Positions 25,628-40,087 of a stretch of DNA of 64,000 bases are shown here, piece after piece. This stretch comes from Octopus vulgaris. Its lineage: Eukaryota. The position numbers and the translations under genes are program-made. The DNA lies in assembly GCA_951406725.2 (NCBI GenBank), contig OX597820.1, forward strand, positions 112,034,001 through 112,098,000. The letters run 5' to 3'. Within the stretch, counting starts at the first letter, position 1. Every line of letters starts with the position of its first letter. A model generated the notes under the pieces. That model made no database searches. It was not told the origin of the DNA and saw nothing but the letters and a program-made list of their open reading frames with translations.

Positions 25628-26139
25628 GAAAATGTGGCTGGTAAATGTTTTTTTGTAGGTTTTAAACTTTGATGTGTTAACTGTTGAAAAGAAAAGGAAA
25701 AAAAAAGGGGAACTTTGAGGTGTTAAATGTTGAGAAAAACTCTGACGTTTACCGTTAAAAAAAAAAAAAAAAAAAAAAGAAAGAACTTTGTTGTAAATGT
25801 TTAAAAAAAAGAAAAAGTAAGACTTTGTGACATTAACTGTTTGAAAAGAAAATAAGAAAAAAAGAAATGAGTTGTTGACTTTTTAGAAGAAGGGAAGAGA
25901 GAAAAGAAAGAAGAAAAAAGAACTTTTGCGAAACGAACTCTGTTAGAAGAAAAAAAAATTGGGTAAAAAAAAAGGGGAAAGAACTCTGTGTTGTTAAATG
26001 TGTTTTTTGGAAGTAACTGAGAAAAAAAGAACTTTCCAAGCTTTGTTAGCCAATCTTGTTGGATGTTTTGTTAAGTAAAAAAAAAAATTGCTTTGATTAC
26101 GCAACGCGCGTGTGTGTTATTCCTTTTGTTGTTGTTGTT

Positions 26140-26493
26140 ACATATAAACATATACATATAAACATATACATACATATATACACACACATATATATATATA
26201 CATATATACACATACATATACACATATATATATATACATATATACACATACATATACACATATATACACATACATATACATATATATATATATATATACA
26301 TATATACACATACATATACACATATATATACACATATATATACACATATATATACACATATATATATACATATACACATATACATATACACATATACATA
26401 TACACATATATATACACATATATATATACATATACACATATACATATACATATACACATATACATATACATATATATACATATACATATATAC

Positions 26494-26533
<40 letters not shown>

Positions 26534-26696
26534 ATATATATATATACACATATATTACATATATATATACATATACATATATTACATATATATACATATA
26601 TATATACATATACATATATACATATATATATACATATACATATATACATATACATATATATATATACATATACATTACATATATATAAACATATAC
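26140..26696. repeat. (TA/CA)n compound microsatellite
   Basis: Direct reading. Confidence 0.98.
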
Positions 26697-28614
26697 ATCA
26701 GTTCTCGGGAGTGGCCATGGTAACGCGAATGGGCCCCAACTATGCGAACCTGTTCGTTGGCTATGTTGAGGCCCAAATATTCTCTAATTTCACTGGTCCC
26801 ACTCCTGAACTATATGAACATTGACGACATTATCGGTGCCACCTCACTCTCCCGTGAACATCTAGATTCCTTCCTCTCTTTCATTCAATCTTTCCATCCA
26901 GCCCTCCACTTCACTTCCACTATCTCCAACACCTGTCTCCTTCCTCGACATTTCGGTTAGCATTCTTCACTCCACTCTTACCACCTCCATTCACTACAAA
27001 CACACAGACTCACACTCATACCTCAACTTCTCTTCCTCCCACCCAGAACACACCAAGCTTTCCATCCCCTATTCCCAATTCCTCCGTCTATGTAGGCTCT
27101 GTAGTGACGACCATGACTTTGAGACTCAGTCTCAACGTATGGCTCACCACTTCATCCTACGCGGATACCCCCTCACCACTATCCACACCGTCCTTGCCAG
27201 AGCACGTTCCGTGGACCGTGTATCTGCTCTCTCCCCGAACTCGCCCTGTAGTCTCCCGCCTCCCTTTTCCCCTCACTTACCACACCACGACCCTACCTCT
27301 CCAACGCACCATTCTTCGAGCTTTCCGTCATCTCAAGTCCGACCCGTCCACTTCACACCTCTTCCCTAACCGACCCCTCCCCTCTTTCAAACGAGCCCAT
27401 AACCTTCGAGACCTTTTGGTCCATAGCTCCTTCCCTGACCCTACCTCCCAACCTGGCTCGTTCCCCTGCTCCTGCCCACGTTGCCGCACATGCCCTTACC
27501 TCTCCAACACCACCCGCCTCACTGGCACCCATCATCGACCCTATTGCATCATCAACTCCTTCACCTGCACCTCCAGCAATATTATCTATTGCGTCTCTTG
27601 CTCTCTCTGCCATTCCCTGTACATCAGACAAATGGGACGCCGCTTGGCTGACCGGTTCGCGGAACACCTTCGTGACATCCACCTTGCGAACGACACACCG
27701 GTCTCACGCCATTTCCGCTCCACCGGTCACTCCTTGCAACACCTGTCTGTGTTCGGTTTGTCCTTACACAGAGGCCATCCGGATTCCCGTTTGCGCCGTG
27801 AACAGGAATTAATCTTCTCTCTTCGCTCCTATACGCCATTTGGTCTCAACTCTCCCCCTCCTCATCTAACCCCCCTCTCCCCCCTCCTCATCTAATCTCC
27901 CCCCGACCCCTACTTCTCTTCAGTCCTTCATCCTTTCACCCCTACTCCTCATCCCTTCTTCCCTCTTTCTCCCTCCCTCCTTCCCTCTTCCCCTTCCCTC
28001 TGCTCCCTCACTCCCCTTCTCTCTCTCCCCCCTCTCCGTCTTTCCTCCCTCCTCCTCTCCCTCCTTCTCCCCTCCTCTTCTCCTCTCCTTCCTTCTCCCC
28101 CTTCCCCCTCCTCGTTTCCCCTTTCATTCCCCCCTCCCCTCTTCCCTTCTCTCTACACTACACCATACGACTTTACACATCACATCATATATACATACAC
28201 ACGTCCAGACCTCTCAAACACACTAATGCTCTCTCATACACACACGCACACACTCTTCTCATACACACACACACACACTCTTATGTTGGAGTAAGGTCAT
28301 TCAACCCTATTATCTCCCCTAATTTCGCTCTTGCGTCTCATGTTTGATCTTTGACTTCTGGCCGAAATCAGATCGACATGTTGATTCGCTAGCTTCTGCA
28401 CGCAAATTTTTTTCTCTCCTTCTTTCTGTGTTTTTTTCTCTGTGTATCTTTCTGTTGAAGAGCGTAGGCTCGAAACGTTAAAGACTTGTTTTATTTATAT
28501 TTCCTGAGCACCATACTAATACAATTGTTTGTTTGTATTCCACCTGCCTTCGTCTTTTGTTTATTTCCGTAAACCTGCCTTCGTCTTTTGTCTATTTTCA
28601 TAAGGCTTCCCGTT
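26697..28614 (+). mobile_element. 5'-truncated Penelope-like element (RT C-terminal part, GIY-YIG endonuclease, 3' pLTR)
   Basis: [21 protein letters not shown] and NIDDII RT motifs (frameshifted); CPRCRTC...NIIYCVSCSLCHSLYIRQMGRRLADRFAEH...REQELI endonuclease; pLTR 28301-28614 with a hammerhead-like motif. Confidence 0.92.
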
Positions 28615-28636
28615 ATATATATATACATATATATAA

Positions 28637-28793
28637 CGGCAGGAGGCGCAGATGAGGGCAGCTGCATCGAACTCTCTCATGCATCAGATGGCGTTTGCTA
28701 AAAAGCATCCATGAGGAAAAACCGTGTAGCAAACCAAATGGCGGTGCCCCAGCGTGGCCACAGCTCATTAGCTGAAACTGGAAAATCAAAATC
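28637..28793 (+). mobile_element. 3' terminal fragment of CR1-type LINE
   Basis: QMRAAASNSLMHQM and GGCGGTGCCCCAGCGTGGCCACAGC match the 3' end at 24200-24365 and at 12125-12185. Confidence 0.75.
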
Positions 28794-28838
<45 letters not shown>

Positions 28839-29617
28839 TATACATATACATACATACATATATATACATATATATACATACATACATATACATACATATA
28901 TATATACATACATACATATACATATACATATATATACATACATATATATATACATACATATACATATATATACATACATATACATATATATACATACATA
29001 TACATATATATACATACATATACATATATATACATACATATACATACATACATATATATACATATATATACATACATACATATATATACATATATATACA
29101 TACATACATATATATACATACATACATACATACATATATATACATACACATATATATACATATATATACACATATATACATACATATATACACATACATA
29201 CATACATATATACACATACATACATATATACACATACATATATATATACACATACATACATATATACACATACATATATATATACACATACATATATATA
29301 TATACATACATACATATATATATACATACATACATATATACATACATACATATATATACATACATACATATATACATATATACATATATATACATATATA
29401 CACATATATACACATATATACATATACATATACATATATATACATATATACATATATACATATATAAATATATATACATATATAAATATATATATACATA
29501 TATAAATATATATATACATATATATACATATATAAATATATATATACATATATATACATATATAAATATATATATACATATATATACATATATAAATATA
29601 TATATACATATATATAT
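28794..29617. repeat. (TA/TACA)n microsatellite array
   Basis: Direct reading. Confidence 0.98.
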
Positions 29618-30299
29618 AAGAGAGTGGTCACTATATGGCTCACTCTAGCACCAGTTAATCCAAAAGGTTTCAACCACAAAAATACATGTTTCCCATGAAA
29701 GTCAGTACGATTGTTAGCTCACACGGACAGGGCAAATAAAAAATAACAAAAATACAGATTATTTTGGGACAATTGTTTCGCTATTAATGAATTAAATGTA
29801 ATTTTACTTACAAAAAAATCCACTTGTAGCTCGTCAGCCAAAACTATCTGGATGAAATCCACTCAATCACACGCCAGATTTTACCATAACGATAAATACG
29901 CGTGTGGTTCAATTGATTACATCCGACGTTATAATTCAAATGCCCCAACCAACAACGTGCCAAACTTTCACGGAAAACAAATACAGCATTTAGAAATAAA
30001 TGCAGCATAATTATAATTAATTAATAAGGGTGAGAGAATTAGATACTAATTTAATAGTATATCTATTCAACACCAAGTGGCCTAGTGCTCCGAGAAACCT
30101 GGATTATTATAATATTTTATAATATATTATAATATTTTTACAAAATAAATATAAGAGAGTGGTCACTATATGGCTCACTCTAGCACCAGTTAATCCAAAA
30201 GGTTTCAACCACAAAAATACATGTTTCCCTTGAAAGTCAGTACGATTGTTAGCTCACACGGACAGGGCAAATAAAAAATAACAAAAATACAGATTATTT
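29618..30299 (-). mobile_element. Non-coding 535-bp unit in partial tandem (retrozyme or Penelope pLTR-like)
   Basis: Near-identical 147-bp direct repeat at 29618-29764 and 30153-30299; contains a hammerhead ribozyme; no ORF. Confidence 0.8.
29762..29843 (-). ncRNA. Canonical type I hammerhead ribozyme
   Basis: Minus strand reads TTTTGG-CTGACGA-GCTA...TAGC-GAAA-CAATTG-TC^CCAAAA; all core nucleotides are present, stems I and II pair, stem III is palindromic. Confidence 0.9.
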
Positions 30300-31418
30300 A
30301 TTATATGTATATATATACATATACATACGTATATGTATATATATACATATATATACATACGTATATGTATATATATACATACATATACATACATATATGT
30401 ATATATATACATACATATACATACGTATATGTATATATATACATACATATACATACGTATATGTATATATATACATACATATACATACGTATATGTATAC
30501 ATATACATACATATATGTATATATATACATACATATACATACATATATCATCATCATCATCATTTAACGTCCGCTTTCCATGCTAGCATGGGTTGGACGG
30601 TTCAACTGGGGTCTGGGGAGCCCGAAAGCTGCACCAGTCCAATACATACATACATATACATACATATATATATATATACATACATCTATATATATATATA
30701 TATACATACATCTATATATATATATATATACATACATCTATATATATATATATATACATACATCTATATATATATATATATACATACATCTATATATATA
30801 TATATATACATACATCTATATATATATATACATACATATATATATATATATATACATACATCTATATATATATATACATACATCTATATATATATATACA
30901 TACATATATATATATACATACATATATATATATACATACATCTATATATATATATACATACATCTATATATATATATACATACATCTATATATATATATA
31001 CATACATCTATATATATATATACATACATCTATATATATACATACATCTATATATACATACATACATATATACATACATACATATATACATACATACATA
31101 TATACATACATACATATATACATACATATATATATACATATATATACATACATATATACATACATACATATATACATACATATATACATACATACATATA
31201 TACATACATACATATATACATACATACATATATACATACATATATATATACATACATATATATATACATACATATATACATACATATATATATACATACA
31301 TATATATATACATACATATATATATACATACATATATATATATACATACATATATACATACATATATATATATACATACATATATATATATACATACATA
31401 TATATATATACATACATA

Positions 31419-31459
<41 letters not shown>

Positions 31460-31691
31460 ATATATATACATACATATATATATACATACATACATATATA
31501 CATACATACATATATATATACATACATATATATATACATACATATATATATACATACATACATATATACATACATACATACATATATACATACATACATA
31601 CATACATATATACATACATACATATATACATACATATATACATATATATATATACATACATATATATATACATACATATATATATACATAC

Positions 31692-31724
<33 letters not shown>

Positions 31725-31850
31725 CATACATATACATACATATATACATATACATACATATATACATATACATACATATATACATATATATATACATACA
31801 TATATATATACATACATATATATATACATACATATATATATACATACATA

Positions 31851-31900
<50 letters not shown>

Positions 31901-31934
31901 CATATATATATACATACATATATATATACATACA

Positions 31935-32012
<78 letters not shown>

Positions 32013-32186
32013 CATATATATATACATACATATATATATACATACATATATATATACATACATATATATATACATACATATATATATACATACATATATA
32101 TATACATACATATATATATACATACATATATATATACATACATATATATACATATATATACATATATATATACATATATATATACA

Positions 32187-32227
<41 letters not shown>

Positions 32228-32909
32228 ACATACATATATATATACATACATATATATATATATACATACATATATATATACATACATATACATATATATA
32301 CATACATATACATATATATATATATATATACATACATATACATACATATATATATATATATATATACATACATATATATATACATACATATACATATATA
32401 TATATATATATATACATACATATATATATACATACATATACATATATATATATATATATACATACATATACATACATATATATATATATACATACATATA
32501 CATACATATATATATATATATATACATACATATACATACATATATATATATATATATACATACATATACATACATATATATATATATATATACATACATA
32601 TACATACATATATATATATATACATATACATACATACACATACATATATATATATATATACATATACATACATACACATACATATATATATATATACATA
32701 TACATACATACACATACATATATATATATATACATATACATACATACACATACATATATATATATATACACATATATATATATATATACATACATATACA
32801 TACATATATATATATACATACATATACATACATATATATATATATACATATACATACATATATATATATATATATACATACATATATATATATATATATA
32901 CACATACAT

Positions 32910-32948
<39 letters not shown>

Positions 32949-32979
32949 CATACATATATATATATATATATACATACAT

Positions 32980-33018
<39 letters not shown>

Positions 33019-33358
33019 CATACATATACATATATATATATATACATACATATACATACATATACATATATATATATATACATACATATACATACATATA
33101 CATATATATATATATACATACATATACATACATATACATACATATACATATATATATATATACATACATATACATACATATACATACATATACATATATA
33201 TATACATACATATACATACATATACATACACATACATATATATATATATACATACATATACATACATATACATACACATACATATATATATATATACATA
33301 CATATACATACACATATATATATATACATACATATACATACACATATATATATATATA
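30300..33358. repeat. ~3-kb (TA/TACA)n array interrupted by a short SINE/LINE-tail fragment at ~30549-30640
   Basis: Direct reading. Confidence 0.97.
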
Positions 33359-33359
33359 T

Positions 33360-36300
33360 TCAAACATGCGCAGATGCAATTATTGAAGTACTAAATGGCA
33401 CGTCAAGTGATATTTAATCGTGTGGAACATGTTACATGCATATCAATATTCTAAAGTTTGGACATACTATCCCTTATCCTAAAGCTGCTTCAGAAAATTA
33501 GGAAGGGTTCCCGACTCGTTGCACCGTCTGCTTTCAATCTTGGATTGTGATTCGGCTCAGCCCAAACTCTCTCAGTTTTAGTCTGCTGTGCCTACTCCTA
33601 CAAGGATTGCACCTGTTTTTGTTCCTGATTTAACCCCGATTTCTCCTAGAGCCCATAGAGGATTGTTTTTAGTCAACCATCCATCATGTCAGCTACCTAC
33701 GCATCGAAACTGAGATCTGCAAGTAGGGCTTCTCATCAAGATGATGGTCCTACCAACAGTCAGCTCAACAAACAGTTGCTGTTGCTCAAACAAGAGGTTG
33801 AGCACCTAAAGTCTGTTGTTGCTCTCTTACTGAATAAACAGTCTCCTGTTGACGCAGAGTCACCCTTGATTTCTTCCCTGGAGACGTCCAAACCGAAGAG
33901 AACAAAATCGAGGCGGCCAAAGAAGGCGAAGGAACCGGCGGTCGTTTCTGCACATGATCGTTCCCGTGCGGATTCTTCCTCATCTGCTTTTTCGGTCCCG
34001 GAGGTTCCCCAACCTAATTTGAGGAGCGTAGACTCAAACCCACCTGAAGACCGTTGTTCTCCCCAAATGAAGAAACGTCGTCAAAACTCCAGTGGGGCGG
34101 ATTTAGCTATGAAACCTGACCACGATAAACGGTCTCCTGTTGACGCAGAGTCACCCTTGATTTCTTCCCTGGAGACGTCCAAACCGAAGGGAACAAAATC
34201 GAAGCGACCAAAGAAGGCGAAGGAACCGGCGGTCGTTCCTGCACATGATCGTTCCTGTGCGGATTCTTCCTCATCTACCTTTTCGGTCCCGGAGGTTCCC
34301 CAACCTAGTTCGAGGAGCGTAGACTCAAACCCACCTGAAGACCGTTGTTCTCCCCAAAAGAAGAAACGTAGTCAAAACTCCAGAGGGGCAGATTTGGCTA
34401 TGAAACCTGATCACGATAAAATCTGTTTGGATTCTCCTTCACTTGTCCTTCCCATTAATGCCATTGCTCAACCAATTCTGAACGATCTCGATGTGGGTTC
34501 ATCTGGGGAGTGGTGCTCCCCCAAACCGAAGAAGAGGCAGTGCAGTTCCAAACCAGGCGGGAAAATTATGACCACTAAATCCATTCCGATCGACCCCACA
34601 GGCCGACATAAGTCTGATGGCTATGAAACCACTCTTTCGAAATCCTCCAACGAAGAATCGAATACCGCAGCTCATAGTAGAGAACTTTTTGCCCACTCAA
34701 GATCGGCAATAATATATGGCAAAGCGGAATCCACCTGTGATACAGGCATAAACCGCCTAAAAGATGACATTAATTTTGTTTCCATTTTGGTTGGAAAATT
34801 GTTCTCTGTGAACGAAAATGTCAGTGTTCTTAAGGTCGCTCGGCTAGGAAGATTCCAAGCGAACCCAACCGCAGATACTAGACCACGCCCAATAAGGGTA
34901 ATCTTTTCTTCTGATCGGGAGGCTTCAGTCTTTCTGAACAGAGCTCAGACGCATGCCTGGGAAGACCCCAATATGGGTTTTCGCGAGGAATACTCACTAA
35001 GAGAGAGAATTCGCCGGAGGAACCTGATATCCGAGCTAAAGATGAGGAAACAAATGGGAGAGAAGGGTTTACGAATCCAAGATGGACAGATAATCAAGTC
35101 CTACCTCTGGTCCCATGCTGTAGTGCTGACAGGGAAAGTGATGTGAGGGCAAATCGAAGTGAAGTTGATACCCCCGTCAACGATGCTATCTCTGATGCCC
35201 TTTATTCTGCTTGTTCCCCAACTCCCGCCCCTCAGACTTCACAGCTCAGCATCGTCTACACCAACTCGTGCTCCGTATTCCCAAAGTTCAGTGAACTATT
35301 TACACTGGCCCTACGCGACTCCCCTGATGTGATAGCTATCACCGAGACTTGGCTGACTCCAGCAGTAAAGGACTCAGAGATCCACCTGCAGGGCTACGTC
35401 CTTTTCAGATGTGACAGAGGAAAAAGGTGAGGTGGAGGTGTTGCTGTGTATGTTAAGTCTGAGCACAAACCGTCCTGCGGTATTCTACCCACAAATGCTC
35501 AACCTACAACCAAATTCGATGCCGTCTATTGCATTCTGAGCCTATCTGAGTTTTGCCTGCCCGTGTTGGCTGTCTACAGGCCGCCTCTAGCCGACCCCCA
35601 GGACGATAATCATCTACTCGAGGCGATAAGATTCGTTTCAGCTTCGCATGACTGCTTGGTACTAGGCGACTTCAACGCTCCCATGATCGATTGGCCCGCA
35701 TCAATTTGTACAACATCTTCCCGGTTCGGCCAGGCCCTTCTTGACATGGCTGAAGATTGTTTTCTATCGCAACATGTTGAATATCCGACAAGGCATCGGT
35801 CTGGGCAGCAGCCATCTATGCTAGATCTGGTATTCTCCCGCTATCCAAGATCAGTGTCAGACGTATCTGTGTGTGCCCCTCTTGCCAAGAGTGATCATGC
35901 GGCCCTGAAGTTCGTCATGCACACAACTTTTTCCACGCCCACGATTACTTCGCTGCCACGTAGAGTCCTCTGCATTTAATCTTGAAATTCTAACCGAGGC
36001 TTCCGCGCTTCTGGACTGGCGTTCCCTGATGACGTTGTCCTCAGTTGACGAACTATGGTCATCCCTCAAAGCATATGTAATCTGTTTGACTGACCAGGCA
36101 GTTCCCGTTGGACTTCCCAAGAGGAAGAAACACAAGCCCTGGGTGACAAAGAAGGTTAAACGAGAACGTCGACTCAGAGATATTGCTTGGGCTGAATTCA
36201 AAAATCTGGATTCGACTGCAGCTTTTGAGGTGTACAAAACTCAACGAGACCGAGCCGTGAAAATTGAAAAGAAAGAACGCTTCAGTTATGAATACAAAAT

Positions 36301-38107
36301 CGCGGCAAATGCCAGTAGCAATCCAAAAACCTTCTTTGCCCATGTCCAGCGGAATTCCCGCTTGAACAACCAGATTGTAACATTGGTAGACTCAACAGGC
36401 GTATCGATTGAGGACCCTTATCAACAGAGTCAATTATTTGCCGAGGCTTTTTCAACTATTTTCAAACAAGATGATGGTCGTGAACCCCCTCCATTTGATA
36501 GATAGGTACCTCCAATGCTTCGATTGATCATCACGCGGGACCAAGTCAAACGTGTTATTCAAGGCCTCGATGTCAACAAGGGTCACGGCCCTGACGGCAT
36601 ACACCCACGGGTTATCAAAGCGTTGGCTCCGGTCATCTGCGAGCCCTTAACACGACTATTCAATATGTCATTGGCGACGGGTGTTATACCTGCAGACTGG
36701 AGAACAGCGATAATCTGCCCAATTTTCAAGAAAGGGAGCCGCGAAGACCCGCTTAACTACCAACCGGTTTCCCTTACATCAATAATCAGCAAGATGTTCG
36801 AAACCATCCTTAAGAAAAGTATGATGCTCCACCTCCTAAGCACAGCCTCGATCACTGATTCCCAACACGGCTTCGTGCCGAAGAGATCATGCTTGACCAA
36901 CTTACTAGTAATGGAAGAATTGGTGACGCGCATCCTCGATGATAGTGATGCTGTTGACATCGTTTTATTGGACTTTGCCAAAGCTTTTGACTCGGTAAAC
37001 CACCGCCTACTACTTGTCAAGCTTCAAGCATATAGTTTCCATCCGGATATTGTACGATGGGTTGGTGCCTTCCTCTCAGATCGCTCCTTCCAAGTTCAAG
37101 TTAATGGTTCGTGGTCCGACGTCTCCAGTGCGAGCAGTGGCGTGCCTCAAGGTTCAGTGCTTGGGCCCTTGTTGTTCTTAGTCTTCATAAATGACTTGCC
37201 CGACGACCTCACGCAACACACCCTTCTATTTGCCGACGATATCAAACTGGTCGCTCCTCGCGGTAGTATAGAGGATCTTCGTCGATGCCTCCACCAAATT
37301 TGGAAGTGGTCTAACGATTGGGACCTGTGTCTGAACGTGTCAAAGTGCTGTCATCTGCCTGTCGGCTCTACTCCTACAACTCAACTTGATTTCGAGCCGG
37401 GTCGTCTGCTGCTGGAGAGGACCGATCAGGTAAAGGACCTGGGTATCTTGGTGGATTCCTCCTTTTCGCCTTCGGCCCAGTGCGTCCATGCTGCCAACAA
37501 AGCGCGCGGAATTCGGTTTTTGATTCGACGGTCATTCGGAGTGCTCACAGCAGCCATATTCCTGCCACTCTATGTCACGCTGGTGAGACCCATATTGGAG
37601 TATGGGATTCAAGCCTCTTCTCCTTATCTCCTCAAAGACATACAGCACCTCGAAAGAGTCCAGAGGCTGGCTACCCGCCTGGTTCATGGTCTCAAAAATT
37701 TGTCCTACGAAGAAAGGCTGAGGACGCTCGACCTTTATTCTCTTGAAAAACGCCGTGGTGATCTCATTCTCGCCCACAACATCATAAGCGGGAAGTGTAA
37801 CCTCTCGAAAGAGCTGTTCTTCACTCCTGCTCCGGAGCGTCGGCTGCGGGGTCATTCCAAAAAGCTCTACCTGCGACGATTTCATCTCAATCGAAGGAGA
37901 GGAGCTTTCTCCGTCCGGGTTGCGGATTCGTGGAACAAGCTGCCAGATGAGATGGTGAAGATGCCGACGACCGCTTTGTTCAAAGCCTCCCTGGACCTCA
38001 AGTGGCCTGAACTCTTTACATGAACACCACCCTGTACTTAACTCCATGTCCCCCTACATGGCCTTGCTATTTGCTTTTGAGCCAAATTAACTAACTAACT
38101 AACTAAC
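33360..38107 (+). mobile_element. Near full-length CR1/L2-group LINE (ORF1 33686-35146; APE-RT ORF2 ~35150-38023 with few lesions)
   Basis: IAITETWL, LGDFNAP, LDLVF, SDH (APE); QHGF, DFAKAFDSV, GVPQGSVLGP, FADDIK (RT); stop at 35428-35430, frameshifts near 35975 and 36505; (TAAC)n tail. Confidence 0.95.
33686..35146 (+). CDS. LINE ORF1 protein, 486 aa, intact
   Basis: N-terminal coiled coil, 97-aa tandem duplication, C-terminal RLGR...RPRPIRVIF motif typical of CR1/L2 ORF1; directly precedes the APE domain. Confidence 0.8.
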   Translation: MSATYASKLRSASRASHQDDGPTNSQLNKQLLLLKQEVEHLKSVVALLLNKQSPVDAESPLISSLETSKPKRTKSRRPKKAKEPAVVSAHDRSRADSSSSAFSVPEVPQPNLRSVDSNPPEDRCSPQMKKRRQNSSGADLAMKPDHDKRSPVDAESPLISSLETSKPKGTKSKRPKKAKEPAVVPAHDRSCADSSSSTFSVPEVPQPSSRSVDSNPPEDRCSPQKKKRSQNSRGADLAMKPDHDKICLDSPSLVLPINAIAQPILNDLDVGSSGEWCSPKPKKRQCSSKPGGKIMTTKSIPIDPTGRHKSDGYETTLSKSSNEESNTAAHSRELFAHSRSAIIYGKAESTCDTGINRLKDDINFVSILVGKLFSVNENVSVLKVARLGRFQANPTADTRPRPIRVIFSSDREASVFLNRAQTHAWEDPNMGFREEYSLRERIRRRNLISELKMRKQMGEKGLRIQDGQIIKSYLWSHAVVLTGKVM

Positions 38108-39869
38108 ATATATACATACACATACATGCACATATATATATATACATACACATACATGCACATATATATATATACATACACATATATATATATACATACA
38201 TATACATACATATACATACACATATATATATATACATACACATATATATATATACATACATATACATACACACATACATATACATACACATACACACATA
38301 CATATACATACACATATATATATATACATACATATACATACACATATATATATATACATACATATACATACACATATATATATATACATACATATACATA
38401 CACATATATATATATACATACATATACATACACATATATATATATACATACATATACATACACATATATATATATACATACATATACATACACATATATA
38501 TATACATACATATACATACACATATATATATATACATACATATACATACACATATATATATATACATACATATACATACACATATATATATATACATACA
38601 TATACATACACATATATATATATACATACATATACATACACATATATATATATACATACATATACATACACATATATATATATACATACATATACATACA
38701 CATATATATATATACATACATATACATACACATATATATATATACATACATATACATACACATATATATATATACATACATATACATACAGATATATATA
38801 TATACATACATATACATACAGATATATATACATACATATACATACACATATATATATATACATACATATACATACACATATATATATATACATACATATA
38901 CATACACATATATATATATACATACATATACATACACATATATATATATACATACATATACATACACATATATATATATACATACATATACATACACATA
39001 TATATATATACATACATATACATACACATATATATATATACATACATATACATACACATATATATATATACATACATATACATACACATATATATATATA
39101 CATACATATACATACACATATATATATATACATACATATACATACACATATATATATATACATACATATACATACACATATATATATATACATACATATA
39201 CATACACATATATATATATACATACATATACATACACATATATATATATACATACATATACATACACATATATATATATACATACATATACATACACATA
39301 TATATATATACATACATATACATACACATATATATATATACATACATATACATACACATATATATATATACATACATATACATACACATATATATATATA
39401 CATACATATACATACACACATATATAAATACATACATATACATACACACATATATATATACATACATATACATACACACATATATATATATATACATATA
39501 CATACACACACATATACATACACACATATATATATATATATACATACATATACATACACACATATATATATACATACATATACATACACACATATATATA
39601 TACATACATATACATACACACATATATATATACATACATATACATACACACATATATATATACATACATATACATACACACATATATATATACATACATA
39701 TACATACACACATATATATATACATACATATACATACACATATATATATATACATATACATATATATATATACATACATATACATACACATATATATATA
39801 TACATATACATATATATATATACATACATATACATACACATATATATATATACATACATATACATACAC

Positions 39870-39901
<32 letters not shown>

Positions 39902-40035
39902 ATATACATACATATACATACACATATATATATATACATACATATACATACACATATATATATATATACATATATACATACACACATATATATATACATA
40001 CATATACATACACATATATATATATATACATACAT

Positions 40036-40066
<31 letters not shown>

Positions 40067-40087
40067 CATACATATACATACACATAT
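38108..40087. repeat. (TA/TACA) array with a homogenised 30-bp higher-order unit
   Basis: CATATATATATATACATACATATACATACA repeats in register over ~38300-39420. Confidence 0.95.
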
